A DNA stretch of 64,000 nt from Salpingoeca rosetta (lineage: Eukaryota > Protista > Choanoflagellata). This document shows positions 1 to 18,100 of this stretch, in pieces. The notes under the pieces were generated by a model. The model did not search any database, was not told the DNA's origin, and saw only the letters and a list, made by a program, of their open reading frames with translations. Numbering within the stretch: position 1 is the first letter of the stretch; each line of letters starts with the position of its first letter. The position numbers and the translations under genes were made by a program. The DNA is taken from NCBI GenBank assembly GCA_033442325.1, contig JAWQFM010000010.1, positions 1,099,537 through 1,163,536 on the forward strand, in the 5' to 3' direction.

Positions 1-379
1 TTCACAATGCTAATGCTTGACTGAGGTGGGTTCTTGTGCTCTTGTGCTGCAACACCCTTAGACCCTTGATGCGCTCCCTCCCTCCCTCAGGGACAGTTGG
101 TTTCCTTCTCGGATGCACGGGTGCACGTGGCATTCATGATGTTGACTGAGGTGGGAACAACTAACCAACACCCGCAGTTTGGCGTTGTCGTCTTTCTTGT
201 ATTGGGAGAGATATGGTGAAGTAACATTTGCGAATTGAAATTGATTGAAGATCGATTAGAGAGAGAGAGAGAGAGAGATCCAACAAGAAGCACAAACTGC
301 AGAGCTAGAGCACTCAACCATCTGATACACACACACACACACACGCGCGCGCGCGCACGCACACAAACACACACGCACA

Positions 380-3972
<3,593 letters not shown>

Positions 3973-4469
3973 CACAACAACACACTTCCGTCTGTGCTCG
4001 ACCCTTGCTCCCTTGTCCTTTATCGTCTGGCTGCACCGTCCGCCTGCACCGGTCCTCCCCCTTTGTCGTAAACGCTATCTTCTTGCCAGCAAGCACAAAG
4101 GATTAGTGCGCGTGTCTGTGTCTGTATGTGCGTATGATGGTGTTGAAGGCGAAGGTGATGGTGTGGGGAAGGGATGCGTGTCGCTGTGGTCTTGCTCGCT
4201 TGGGTGTCAGCAGCGTTGGTAGTCTGCCGATAACTGGTGAAAGATGCCCATAAATTTCCAAACTCACAGCGCCCAAGCGCCGCAACAACAACATCATCAA
4301 GCCTTCCCACTCTCCCACTTGCTCCTTCCCCCCTCTTTTTTGTTTGTGTTGTGTTGTGTTGTTGTGGTGGCGGTGTTTGCGCACCCTTGCGTGCCTCCTT
4401 CTCCCTCTGTCACTTTTTATCGCTTTGGCTGTTGTTGAACGCGAATCGCCCACGTGACACTGCTTCATC
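3973..4469. promoter_or_regulatory. Putative bidirectional promoter between TMEM184 and GGA
   Basis: Divergent start codons about 500 bp apart. Inferred from position only. Confidence 0.4.
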
Positions 4470-5499
4470 ATGGGAACCTTGGAACGAGCACTGGACATGG
4501 CGACGCAGCCAGACTCGTCCAACACGTCTGTGTATTCGTTTTGTCAGGCGGTCATGAGCGAGCCAGACGGGCCGCGCGACGCAGTGTACATGCTGCTGGA
4601 CAAGGTGCGCAGCCCGCGGGAGCCCGTTGCTCTTCGCACACTGGAGGTACTTGACAAGGCCGTGTACGAGTGCGGGCCCCCGTTCCAGGCCGTTGTGGGC
4701 AAGTTCAAGTTCCTCAATGAGGTCATCAAGATGGTGTCGCCAAAGTACCATGAGAACAGGACTGAGGCCGTGATTGCCATGCTGTGCCGGCTGCTGCAGA
4801 AGTGGGCGCTGACCATCCCTACCCAGCCCAAGATTAAAGAGGTGTACAAGATGCTCAAGCAGCAGGGCATCACCTTTCCCGAGGTGGATGAAGAGACGAA
4901 GCGCCTCGCTGCGGAAAACACGCCCAAGACGCCCGAGCGGTTCTCGGACCGGCCGTCGCCGCTGGAGCAGGAGGACGAGCGCAAGGCCAAGCTGCTCGCA
5001 CGCCTTCTCAAGAGCACAGACCCAAATGACCTAACAAAGGCAAACAAGCTCATCAAGAAGATGGTGGCCCAGGTTCGTTTGTGCATGCTTGTTTGTGTGT
5101 TTGTGTGCATGCTTGTTTGTGTGCGTGAATGCTTTGTGAATGCTTTGTGAATGCTTTGTGAATGCTTTGCGCTATTGTGTGCGTGTATGTGTGTGAATGC
5201 GTGCTGGTACTATTGTGCGTGTGTGGATTCACTGCGCGGGTGAAGTTCCCGAATGCTTCAGATTGAGTGCTTATGTGTGTAAACATGTGTCTATGTGTCC
5301 ATTGATTGTGCGGGGTTGTGCGCTGCACGTCAATGCAGGATGCCAAGCGACAGGAGCGAATGGCAAGGACACAGCGTGAACTTCACACCATGCAAGAGAA
5401 CGTGCAGGTGTGCATTTGCTGCAGACTGGCAGTGATTGGACGTATCATTTGAATTCGCGCGCGCGCATGTGTGTGTGTGTGCGTGTGCGTGTGCGCATG

Positions 5500-5532
<33 letters not shown>

Positions 5533-5812
5533 GTGCGTGTGCGTGTGCGTGTGCGTGCGTGTGCGTGTGTGATGTCCCTGAATGGCCTCACGCCAGCATA
5601 TTTGCTGCTCGTGCTCCCACTGTCCTCCAATGCCACTAGCTGTTGTCCGAGATGCTTGCCAACTTTGATTCAACACAAGGCAGCGTCGCCCAAGATGAAG
5701 TCATTCAGGTCAGTCTGCTGCGTGTGCGTGTGTGGCGACAGAGGAACGGTGCCACGCTCGTGCGCTGTCCCTGCTTCTTGGTCGTACGAGTCACATCTCC
5801 CGTCATGTCTCA

Positions 5813-5879
<67 letters not shown>

Positions 5880-6133
5880 GACGCAGGAGCTGCTCACGAC
5901 GTGCAAGGACATGCGGCCAAAGCTCATGAAGATGGCCGGTGAAGTCTCGGAGAAAGACAACCTCCTTGGTGCGGTACCTCGCACCCGTTTTGTTTGGTTT
6001 GGTTTGGTTTGGTTTGGTTTGGTTTGGTTTGGTTTGTTTGGTTTGTTTGTTTGGTTTGTTTGGTTTGTTTGTTTGTTTTGTTTGTTTGTTTGTTTTGTTT
6101 GTTTGTTTGTTTTGTTTGTTTTGTTTGCTTGTG

Positions 6134-6165
<32 letters not shown>

Positions 6166-8269
6166 CGTGTGTGCTTGCACATAATGTTGTCGGTGTTGTT
6201 TTATGCTTGTGTTTTTACTGTTGGACTGTTGGACTGCTGGCGCTTCGTGCTGTCGTACACGCTCCCTCACAACCTCGCGAAACATTTGCGTGTGTCTTCC
6301 ACCGCAGGGGAGGTGCTGGCGCTGAACGACGACGTCGGGCGGGCGCTTGACCAGTACAACGCCATGCTCTCCTCCTCCACGCAGGCTGCACCGCCATCTA
6401 CGTCGCACCAGCAGCAGCAGCTACAGCTACAGCAACAGCAACCGCAACAGCAGTCCGATGACCTTGCTGACCTGTTTGGCAACACACCACAGCAACAGCA
6501 GCAGCAACAGCAGCAAGCAGCTCAGCCGCCGCAGACGCAACAGCAAGCGGGCATGCCATCGCTCTTCCCAGCAACACACGCCTCCCCCATGTTCGGGTCA
6601 CCCGCGCCCCAATTCCAACAACACCAGCCACAGCAGCAGCAACAGCAAGCATTCATGTCGGCCCAGACCACGGCCAGCAGTGACATGTTCCCTGTGCAGT
6701 TCCCCGCACAGCCGGCGCCAGCACCACAGCAGCCGCTGTTTGGCATGCCGCCCGTGTCAGCACCAGCACCAGCAGCCACCACGGCCGCACCACCGCCACC
6801 CCAGCAGTCCCACCAGCACACCACCACCACCACCACCAACAGCAGCAGCCATGCCGATGACGATGATGATGACATCTTTGGGCTTGGGTCCCTCGGTCTG
6901 TCACCAACCACCACCACGACTGCAACAACGACAGCAGCAGCGCACGAGCCGAGCCTGTCCACGTCCTCTGACGTGGCGCCGCTGGACCTGCTGGGCGACA
7001 CGATGTCGCAGCCATCGCCCCCACCACAGCAGCAACAGCACCAGCAACAGCAAGAGCAGCAAGAGTTGTCTGTACCGCAGGACGACAACACGCCGCCACC
7101 GGATATTGCGTCGCTCTCCTTTGATGCACTGCAGGTGCAGCCGCAGGCAGGCGCTCCGCAAAGCATCTACCAACGCGACAAATTCACGGTGCGATGTAGC
7201 TTGTGTGATGTAATTCGTGTGTGTTGTGTGTGTGTGTGTTGTGTGTGTTGTGTGTGTTGTGTGTGTTGTGTGAGAGAGTGTGTGTATGTGTGTGTGTGTA
7301 TGTGACTGCGTCCCCTAGAGTTTGTACAGGTATGTTTGATGTAATTCCATATGCGTTTCATGTGTGCATGTGCTCATTCTCCAATGCATTTTGCGTTGTG
7401 CATCCTCGTTGTCGTGCCACACACAGGTGGAAGTTTGTCGGGTACGGGACACGACGCACTCGTCTGTGCATGTGATGCTGGTGACGTTCAACAACCTGGA
7501 CGCTTCCACTCCCATCACCAACATCAACTTCCAGGCGGCCGTGCCCAAGGTGTGCATGTGTGTGTATGTGTGTATGTGTGTATGTGTGTATGTGTGTGTA
7601 TGTGTGTATGTGTGTGTATGCGTGTGTATGTGTGTGTATGTGTGTGTATGTGTGTGTATGTGTGTGCATGTGTGTCGATATGCGTGGGCATGTGTGTGAG
7701 TGTGTGAGTGTGCGTGCTTGTTGCAAATGCGTTCTGGCTGTCATTTTGTCTTGTGCTCATGCCCCTCCTCCTGCATGCATTGTTTCAAACCATCCCCCTC
7801 TCAACACACACACACACACACACACACTGCCTTGCTTGCAGACGCAACAAATCAAGCTTCAGGCCCCGACGTCCACCACTTGTGAGCCTGCTGGCTTGGA
7901 TGGAACACCAGGCAAGGCCCACCAAGTCTTTATCATCTCCAACCCACAGAAGGTGTGTTGCGGTTGGTGTTGCGATGAATGTTCGTCCAACATGTGAACA
8001 CTGATTTTGTAGTGTAGTGTGGGGGCGTGTTACCTGTGACAGCTTTGCTGCTACTTGTTTGCATGTACAGTGTGTGCATGAACAGTTGCTCGTTAGTTTC
8101 TCACACACCCGCGTTATCTGCCTGCCCTGTTGTGTTGTGTTGTGTTGTGTTGTGTTTTGCCATCACGCACAAGACGGCGCTCAAGCTTCGCTTCAAGCTG
8201 ACCTTCAACGTGGGTGAGCAGGCCATCTCCGACACGCGGGACGTCGCCTCCCTGCCATCACAAGCGTGA
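4470..8269 (+). CDS. GGA: GGA clathrin adaptor (VHS-GAT-hinge-GAE), 8 exons
   Basis: VHS domain (ALRTLEVLDKAVYECGPPFQAVVGKFKFLNEVIKMVSPKY), GAT domain (KLLARLLKSTDPNDLTKANKLIKKMV), a Q/P-rich hinge with DLF/DIF/DLL motifs, and a GAE domain (PITNINFQAAVPK|TQQIKLQAPTS...LKLRFKLTF). Exons approximately 4470-5072, 5339-5407, 5640-5708, 5887-5968, 6308-7188, 7427-7549, 7841-7952, 8174-8269. Confidence 0.92.
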
Positions 8270-8458
8270 CGGTCGTGACCGCAACCATCAACCACACGCC
8301 AAACCAATGGCACACCAAGCGACCAGAACACGAAGCAAACAGAACACGAAGCGAATGGCACTCCAATGCCAATGAGCATCACACAGTCACACACAGACAC
8401 ACACACACACAGACACCCACACCCACACCCACACACACAGACACACACACACACACAG

Positions 8459-8491
<33 letters not shown>

Positions 8492-9185
8492 GACACACAC
8501 ACACAGACACACACACACAGACAGATACACACACCCCCACACACACAACACACCCACTTGCTTGCTTGCGCTTGTTTGTTGGCACCATTACAAAAATTCG
8601 ACGGCTGTGCTGTGTTTTCCGATGGAGAAAGCGTTGGAAAACAGTGTTTTCCGGCCCATCAGCATTTGCCCAGACGAGAAGAGGAAGAAGAAGCGGTGAC
8701 TGACGAAAGTGAGTGCGGTCGATGGGCTTGCTGCTCTGCTCTCATGGTGCCACTGGTGCTGAGGCACAGTGGGGTGATGGTCGTTGTTGTGATAGCGGTG
8801 GTTCGTTGCTCGACGCCTGTGTGTGAAGGACAGTGTGTGGCGAGATTTAGTTGTGGGAATGGTTTCCTTTGCTTTGGTGCGTGTCATGGCGTCGTCCACG
8901 ACTGCATCCTCGACATGTTTGTGTTGTCACAAGGAGACGATCAAGCAATACATCAAGTCAATCACGACTCGCACTGCCGTTCTCGCATGCTCGGCTTGCT
9001 CACCTGCTGACACGCGCGTTGTCTCACCTGCTGTTTGTCTCGCTCATGCTGACGTTGCTCCATCTCCGGTGTTTTCGATTCCTTTCCGCGCATCTACCTT
9101 TGTGCGCGTGCTACTTGTCCCTCTCCTCCCCCCCTTCTCCCCCCCGCTTCCGGCGTTGCACAGAAACCACTCATCAAACGCAACC

Positions 9186-10034
9186 ATGGCCGACAACTTC
9201 TACACCGGTGTCAAGAAGATTGAGCGCAGCGACATCAAGACGGCTGCCTTCGATGCCCGCTTCCCCAACACAGATCAGACCAAGAACTGCTGGCAGAACT
9301 ACGTCGACTTCCACAAATGCATCAAATTGAAAGTGCGATGATAAGACGTGGCTTGTATTGAGTGTAGCGTGTGTCTTGTGTTGTGTTGGTTGTTGGGTGC
9401 TGTGTTGGTTGTTGTTGTGTGTGTAAGCGTGTACGCGAGTGTTGTATGTGTACACGAAAATGTGTTCGTGTGCGAAAGCCTGTAGCACGTGTATGTGCGG
9501 CTGCGGCGGCGATATGGTGACACCCGCTCAACGCATCGTCTTGGCTGTCCTTGTTCCCCCCTGGCTGTCTTTGGTCTCTCTGTCCTCCCTCCCTCCCTCC
9601 CTCCCTTCTTTCCCCCTTTCGCTCTCGCTCTGTGCACAGGGTGAGGACTACAAGCCCTGCGGCCAGTTCTTCCGCACCTTCATGAGCCTGTGCCCCACGG
9701 AATGGGTACGTTTCTGCGCTTGCTCGCATGCGCATGTGGTTCGGTATTCACATCAAGTCTGTGCCCTTAGACGACCACGCGGGTCGTTTGTTTGTTTGTT
9801 TGTTTGCTTGCTTGCTTGCTTGCTTGTTTGCTTGCCTGTTTTTGCGTGACCTTGTCACCCTCTACGCGTCCGCTCACCTCCACCACTTGCCATCCCCCTG
9901 TTCCTCCTGAACCCTTTCTTGAACCTGAACCCTTTCTTGAACCCCCGTCTCCCAACACTCACGTTCCGCAGGTTGAGCAGTGGGACGAGCAGCGCGAGAA
10001 GAACGCCTTCCCTCACCGCGACTTCTCATCGTAA
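9186..10034 (+). CDS. COX6B: Cytochrome c oxidase subunit 6B, 3 exons
   Basis: Spliced product contains [31 protein letters not shown]|[22 protein letters not shown]|VEQWDEQRE, with the COX6B CX9C/CX10C cysteine pattern. Exons approximately 9186-9332, 9640-9705, 9972-10034. Confidence 0.95.
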
Positions 10035-10833
10035 ACGAGGAAAGAAGAGGACCTATGAGCCAGCGTCGTCGTCATTTGTAACTTGTCAACATCAGCCCCC
10101 ACCTTCCTTGTTTTTCGTGTGTGTGTGTGTCATGCGTCTTGGTTGCTGTGTGCGTACATGGCCTCTCTCATGCTCCACGCGTTGGGAGCTGGTTCTGTGC
10201 TTTGCCAGTGCCAGTGATGCTGACAGTGACCTTTAAGTGCAACGTGCATGTCTTGCTTGCTTGTGTTTGTGTGTGTGTTCGTGTTTGTGTGTGAGAGTGC
10301 TTTTGTCACTCGTTTGTTATTTCCCTCCTTCTCCCTTCTCTCTCTCTCTGCCTTTCTCCCTCCATCTCCTCTCTTTGTCTCTGTATGTGCCCTTGCAAGT
10401 AAACACAGCAGCATGCGTTTCAATGATATGAGGACAATGCCAAAAGGGTGAACAGCCAAAGCAACACTCTTCTCTTCTCCAGCTCTCTCTCTCACGCAGT
10501 GGCGATAATTCATGAGAGATTTGCTTTGTTTTTCGGCCAACCCGCCTGTTCGTTGCGCTTCAACGTCCAACGCACACCACGCACACACAACCCGCGCATT
10601 CTCTCTTATCTCGGCGACAGACCAGCACAGCGAACGCACACATCAGCAGACACAGGGTACCCCGCCTTCCAGCTTCGCCCCTTTTTCTGCTTCCACACAG
10701 CGTGGTGTCGACTCCCTCCACAGCCCGTGACAACACCTGCCGTCTCTGCGCGTCTTTCCTGTTTTCTTGTCTCCTTCCTTTTTTTTTTCTTTTGTCTTGA
10801 TTGGCCGTTGTCCTCAAATCCACCAACAGCAGC

Positions 10834-13424
10834 ATGTCTCGCAAGGACGTTGATCGCTGGCTTGAGACCCTCAAGCAATGCAAGACCATCCCAGAGTCCG
10901 ATGTCTTTGCGCTCTGCGACATGGTACATCGCGTTGTATGCAGCATATGCACTTGCGATTGTTTTTTCTTGCTTGTGGCGTGTTGTGTGATGATGATAGA
11001 AGCGCGCCCTCAATGGATTGTGTTTTGTTTCGGTTGGCTTCTGAACACACCTTGCTTGCATCCTCCCGCGCTCACACGCACGCACACACGCACGCCACAC
11101 ACAACACACGCACACACGCACGCCACACACAACACACACACACACGCACGCACACACACACACATGAACACACACGCACGCACACGTGTGCACACACACA
11201 CACACACACAACACACACCCGCACACGTGCACGTTGTTTCGTGCCATTGTTCTGATGCTGCGTGGCTTGTCGTTTTCCCGCGTGCGCTCATGTGCATGCA
11301 GGCCGCGGAGATTCTGAGCAAAGAGTCCAACGTGCAACCGATGAGCTGCCCTGTGACGGTGTGCGGCGATGTCCACGGCCAGTTCCATGATCTCATCGAG
11401 CTCTTCCGCATCGGCGGCGACCTGCCAGATACAAACTACCTCTTCATGGGCGACTACGTCGACAGAGGCTACTACAGTGTGGAGACAGTCACCTACCTCG
11501 TGGCCCTCAAAGTCCGATTCCCAGAGAGAATAACCATCCTCCGTGGCAACCACGAGAGCCGACAGATCACACAGGTGCGCATGTGTGTGTGTATGTCGCT
11601 GTGTGTGTGTGTGTGTGTCGCTGCGTGCGGAGTTGCCACAAGTTGGTTCTCACACCAACATGCGTTAACGTCAATACCCATGCGTTCACGTCAACCCCCC
11701 CCATGCCTTGCACATCACTCGATCCTTTTTCTGGCACTGTAGGTGTATGGTTTCTATGACGAGTGCCTGAGAAAGTATGGCACGGCAGACGTTTGGACCA
11801 AGTTCACCACCCTTTTCGACTACTTCCCGCTCACCGCCCTCGTGGAGAACAAGGTGCTGCAAGCAATGATGCAGATGCCTGAAGTGCTCGCGTCAACTCC
11901 CCATGTCCCGCTGCCGCTTGCTCATGCCATTTATCAACACGTTCGTTGTTTGTTCTCCTTTGTCTTTGCTCGCTCCATATTCACATCACGGGCCTCCGTT
12001 GTCTGTCTGCCACCATCGGCTCGTGTCGTTGGATGTGCCTTCAGATCTTCTGCCTGCACGGTGGTCTGTCTCCCAACGTCGACACACTCGACAACATCCG
12101 TGTCCTTGACCGCCACCAAGAGGTGAGAAGTTGTGATCATGCCTGCATGCCTGCAGCAGCGTCCCATCGGGCGAGTTTTGTGCGGCACGATTCAAGTGGC
12201 AAGCATTAGCCTTCGCCAGCGCTCTTTCCTCACACACTCACACACACATTCAAATATATCATGCCTGACACACGTACGCACACACATATGCACTCATACA
12301 CGCATACACGCACACACTCATACACACTCTCTCACACCACACTCACACACGCACGCACACTGACGCACGCACACTCATGCACACTCATGCACACTCACAC
12401 ACCACTCATAATCTACGAACACCCGCCAGGTGCCACACGAGGGCCCGATGTGCGATCTGCTGTGGTCTGACCCGGATGACCGCGTTGGCTGGGGCATCTC
12501 CCCGCGCGGCGCCGGGTACACGTTTGGAAAAGACATCTCAGAGGCATTCAACCAGAAGAACGACCTGCAGCTCATCGCACGCGCACACCAGCTTGTCGTC
12601 GAGGTGCGGTCTCGTGCATGTGTGTGTCGTGTGTATAGTGCATGTGTGTGTCGTGTGTATAGTGCATGTGTGTGTGTTTGCATTGCTCTTCTTGTGCAAA
12701 CGCCATTGTAAAAACAAGTTAACCCCCCCCCCTCCATTTGCTTATCAATCGCGTCTTGTTGTGTCACAATAATTTATCTCGGTATCTTGCTCAACACCCA
12801 CCCGATACATTCATCCCCCTCCCCACGCCGCTCTCAAATGCAACCGCTACAGGGCTTCAACTGGAGCCACGACAAGAACGTGGTGACCATCTTCAGCGCA
12901 CCAAACTACTGCTACCGCTGCGGCAACCAGGCCGCCATCATGGAGCTTGACGACAACCTCAACTACGTCTTGTGAGTCGACTCCACCCACGCGCGCGTGT
13001 GCTGTGTGTGCTACATGTACTGCGTGTGCTACGTGTGCTGCCTGCGCTGCGTGTTTTGCATGTGCATAGTAGCGTTTGGGCGTGACACTCCTCTCGTTGT
13101 GTCAATTGCCGCCTCACCGTTGCTCGCGTCCACTTGCTTGGACAGCCTTCAATTTGAGCCCGCGCCAAGGAGGGGAGAGCTGCAGGTCACCCGCAAGACG
13201 CCAGGTGTGTGTGTGTGTGTGTGTGCTGTGGTTGTTTATTGGTTGGTTGCGTTGATGTGTTGTTTGCGCTGACGTGGAGTTTTTCTGGCTTTGAGTGCAA
13301 GTTTTGTGCCGTGTGTTTGTCCACAATCGTCTGTGTTGCGTCCCACGTTTGCATTGACCTCACACGTGTCGACGCTGCTCCAACTCGCATCCTTTTCATA
13401 CACACATCAGACTACTTCCTGTGA
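10834..13424 (+). CDS. PPP2C: Serine/threonine protein phosphatase 2A catalytic subunit, about 8 exons
   Basis: PPP motifs GDVHG, GDYVDRG, RGNHE and [13 protein letters not shown]2A-type [13 protein letters not shown] and PAPRRGE, and the C-terminal TP|DYFL* at 13411-13424. Confidence 0.95.
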
Positions 13425-14358
13425 TGTGCCCGCGTTACACCTCGCCCCGCTGCCAGTGGCCACTGCACTCTTCACCCCTTCTTCGTTGCCCTTGTGCTCC
13501 CTTGTTGTGTGCTTTGCTTTTTTCGTCTGCTTGTATCGTTCCAGCATGTTTGAACTATTGCACACACATGCATACACATTCTTCCTGCCTGATGCTTGTT
13601 TCCTGGAGTGAGTGAGTGCTGTTGGTGGTGTCTTTCTTCGATGATGTAATTGTGTCCGCATTAAGTCGGTGTTTGTTCTCTTTTGCTGCTGGTGTTGTCG
13701 TAATGGCTGTTTGCGTTTGTTGTGATCATATAGAGATGAGGCAAATGATTGATGAACACGGCTGGTGAATGGCGAATGGCAAATGGGCGAGCGCTTGCCC
13801 GCTGTTGGCACGCTGCGTTTTTGTGTGCTTCCCTATCACAAACTGTGGTTCTCTCTGTGTACAGGAGCGAACAAGCAAGAAGCAAACGGCAAGAGGATGC
13901 ATGCGGCTTGCTTCAGGTAGCATCAACACGTGACAAGCATGAGCAGCAAAAAAAAAAAAGAAAAAGAAACAAGGACACAGACAACAGAAGCAACTTCGCA
14001 TGTGCATAACACAAGATGCGGAGGCAGACAAAGGGAGCAAGTCAGCAACAAGTCATCAGGTGAAACAACGGGGATGCCAGACGACAGCACGACAACATGG
14101 AAGAGCAGCAAAAACCAGTGAACAACGAGGAGGCGATTTCAAGTACAACTGCAACGCGGGGAATCACTCAAGTGTATAATCTAGCGACAGTCACAACAAG
14201 TACAACCACACACACACACACACACAGACACACAGACACACAGACAGACAGACACACACACACACACATAAAACTTGGGTTGTACAAAGTAGGATGAAGC
14301 ATGGGTTCAAGCAGCTAAACGAATGATAGTGAACAACAGGGTCCGCCAATGGAAAACA

Positions 14359-15085
14359 TCACTTGTGTGGGGTGGAACGCGCACTGTCGCTTGCTCGACT
14401 CGCTCGCGCTTTGCGAAGACGATTGCGTGGTGAGCGCTGGGGAACCTGTGGATGACGTGTGCATGCATACGTGAACGTGAATGTGCGTGCGCGCGCGCGT
14501 GAGGATATGTGTGTGGTGGTGATACACGCCGTGTGTGTGTGTGTGTTGTCACAAATGTGGGTGATGAGACATATGGTGACGAACAAGGCTGATGACACAC
14601 ACTTCAAAGAGGCAACAGGTTCTGTAGTTAGAAACACCCACCGCAACCAACAACAAGGTACAGCCAACAACAGATGCGCTCGCAATCCCAGGCCATCACC
14701 CCCACCTTGGTGCGCGTGCTGCAGAGGCCTGGGCCGCCAGTGGACTTGAGAATGTCCTGCACAGTCGCCTGGGCCTGTTCACCGTAGTCCTTCCTGGCGT
14801 TGGAGCGTTCCGCATGCTTCACAAGATACTCCTCAAGGTCCATCCAGCCGCCACCAACGCGCACCATCACCTTGTCCCGCAGCACACGCATCAGCAGCAG
14901 CCGCTTCTCGTTGCCAAGCTGATACTTGCCCTTGGACACGCTGCATTGGGGAGGGGAAGAGGAGTGTGAGCCATGATACATGTGCTACAGCAGAAGGAGC
15001 GACGGACACACACCCAGAAACACACAGGGGAATTCACGCATGCACACACACACACACACACACACACAAGAATTCACGCATGCAC

Positions 15086-15116
<31 letters not shown>

Positions 15117-18100
15117 CACACACACACACACGTACCGCTTCAGCTTTGATTTCATTTGCGGAACAAAGTTGAGGACCTCTGCCACGCGTTCGTCGACATC
15201 ATCGCCCTGAACATGTGTGTACGATCCAGACTCCTGCATGGCGGGGAGTGGTGTGAGACGACAAGAGGGGAAGGCGATGGTGAGCAGCAGTGTGCAAGCA
15301 AAAAGGGCACAACACACACGCACACACACACACACAGGTACGCACACGTGCACGAATACACACACATACGCGCGCACACACACACACATGCACACACATA
15401 TACACAAACACACACACCACACGCACACAAGCACACGCGCACAAACACACACGCAAGCAACAACGTACGCTTGGGAGGCGGATTGGCTCTGCTGTTGCGC
15501 GGTGGTCTTCGACCTCGTGCGGAAGCGGCAGACCACGAACGCGATACGCAACATCCATGATGCCCGTGACAACTTGGCGATGGTCCTCATCGTGCACCAG
15601 ATCCTCCTCCTCAAACACGGACGGGTATTTGATGCCAAGGCACTGCGCCCACTCGATAAATGCGCGGATGTTGCTGAGGGCAGCCTCGTTCCCTGGCTCG
15701 GCTTCCTCCAGGTACTGCACCTCAAGCAAATCGCGTTCACGGATGAACGACGTGATGTCCTGGCACTCGCGTGTAATGACGACCTCGTCGCTTGGGCCCT
15801 GCTCCGCTTCAAGCTCTCGCAGCTTCTCCTCCACCTCATCAACGATGTTGGCCAGCTGGCACAGCAGCTTCCCGTCGCGCAGCTCGTCAATCAGCGTGTC
15901 TGCCGTCAGATCCGTCTCCAGCAGCAGGTTCACCCACTCCGCCACGCTCTCAAACAGCTTGCGCTCCTTGCTCGTAGTCGCTGCCTCGCCGTGGTGTGCA
16001 CCGCCATCGTGACCATCACCGCCACGCGCCCGCTCGTCCAGCTGTGCGCGCAGCTCATCCACAAGCGACTGCAAGTCCTGCAAGCGGCGCTGGTCAGCTG
16101 CCCGCTGGTCAGACAGCTCCTTGATTTTGCTGCTGTGCTCCAGCCGCAACGCCATAATCTGGTCGGCCGCCGCGTCCTCCGCCGACCGGCGCGATGAGTT
16201 GAGCTCGCGGTCCAGCCGCGCAATCTCCAGCTGCGCGTCTGCGTGTGCGCGCAGCAGCATCTCCTCGCGTGCTGCGCTGCCGCTGTCGGCACCAAAGGCC
16301 TCCCCAGCCTCTTGCTCTTTCGCCTCCTCCTCCTCCCGCAGGCGTCGCAGTGCGCGCTCCGCAGCAGAGTGGAACGCAATCTCCGCCTGCTGCAACCGCC
16401 CCTGCGCCTGCTGCTGCCGCACGCGTGCGTCCTCCACAGCCTGGCGCGTGCCGGGAGTCTGGTGCTCTGCGTCTTCCTTTCGCGCTGCCTCCAGCTGGCC
16501 CTCTGCTTCCTCCAGCTCCATGCGCGCCTGTAGCCGCCGCTTGTTTGCTGCTCGCGCCTCTTCGTCCTGCACACAGATGAGATCCACGTCCTCCGGGCGC
16601 AGGTTCGACAGCGACATCTCCCTGAACCGCCGCAGCAGCGACGCATTTGCAACCGCGCGATCACGGGCCTCCGTCTCCGCCTCAGACACGCGCCGCTGCA
16701 GGTCCTCCACCTTGAGGCGGTGCGCGCTCGTCTTGGTGTCGAGCTCGGCCTCAAGCTCCTCCTTGCGCGCCTGCAGTGCAGCCATCTTCTGCGACAGCAT
16801 GTCCCGCTCCAGGCGTGCTGAGCTCTCCTTACGCTCGGCCTCCATGCACCGCAGCCGCAGCAGCTTCACCTCGTTGTCGTAGCGCTCCTTGCGCGAGGCC
16901 GCCAGCGTCTCCACGCTCTCCAACTTGCGCTGCGCGTCCTCAAGCTTGCTTGCCGTCTCCTCCTCCACCTGCGCGCGTGTGGTTGCGGCGGCCGTGCGAG
17001 CCTCCTCCAGCTGCTCACGCAAGCGGGCCACCTCCGTGTCGTAGTGGCTGCGCTCGGTCTCCAGCGTGGACCGCAGGTGCGTTTCCGCCGTCTCCAGCTT
17101 CTCTTGCGCTGCGTGCTCCTGATCCAGCAGCTGCTGCTCCAAGTCCCGCACGCGCGCTTCCAGGCTCGACTTGGTCTGCTCGGCCTGCTCCGCGCCCTCC
17201 CGCTGCTGCAACTCCAACAAGTCGAGTTTGCTCCTGGCGCTCTGCAGGTCGTGTTGCGCCGCTGCCAGCTGCTCCTCCACCTCCTGGGTCTCCTTCTGCG
17301 CAGCGAGCACGCGCTTCCTCTCCTCCTCACCGGCAGCCTTTGCCTCCTCCAGCTCTGCCGCCAGCGCCCCGGCCCGCTTGTCCGCGTCGTCAGCGAGCGC
17401 AGCGCGCAGCTTGGCCAGCTCCTCCTCGTGTGCTGCTTTGCTCGTCTCCAGCTCCTGGTCTCGCGCTTCCACAGTGGCGGCGGCGGTGGCCTTGGCCAGC
17501 TCGGCCTCGCGTGCCCGCTCCTCTGCCTCGGCGAGTTTGCCTGCAAGCACCTCGCCAGCCTCGCGCTGCTTGCGAGCCTCCTCTGTCGCTTCCTCCGCCT
17601 GCGTGCGCGCCGCTGCGAGTGCGCCGCGCTGTTCCTTCAGCTCGCGCTCGCGGTCGGCCAGCGCAGCCTGCAGCGTCTCTGCCTGCGTGTTTGCCTGGGC
17701 CACCTTCGCCTCAAGCTGCTGCTTCTCCTGTGTGAGCGCGTCCACCTGGGCGCCCATGTCCCGCCTGTCGTTTTCTGCGGCAGTCACGGCTTCCGAGAGC
17801 TTGTTTGCCTCTGCGTCCCTTGTCTCCAGCTGCGCGTTGACGGCTGCCAGGGCGTCCTCGTGCTTCGCCTGCGCAGCTGCCATCGCTGCGGCTGCTTCTT
17901 CCTTGGCCTTTGCTACCTCCTCCTTGCGTGTGCGTTCTGCTTCGTCGCGGGCAGTGGCAAGGGCCTGTGCATGGTCGGCCTGTGCTTGCTGCAGCTGCTG
18001 TGCAGCCTCCTCCTTGACGCGGGCGAGTTCTTGCGCATGCCGCTGCTTCAAGGCCTCCAGCTGCTCGCGAAGCTCTTGCAATTCGTCCTCGAGCGACTGC

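Noticed and set aside
10834-13424. PP4 or PP6 identity for the phosphatase
   Set aside because: [20 protein letters not shown] and the TPDYFL terminus match PP2A.
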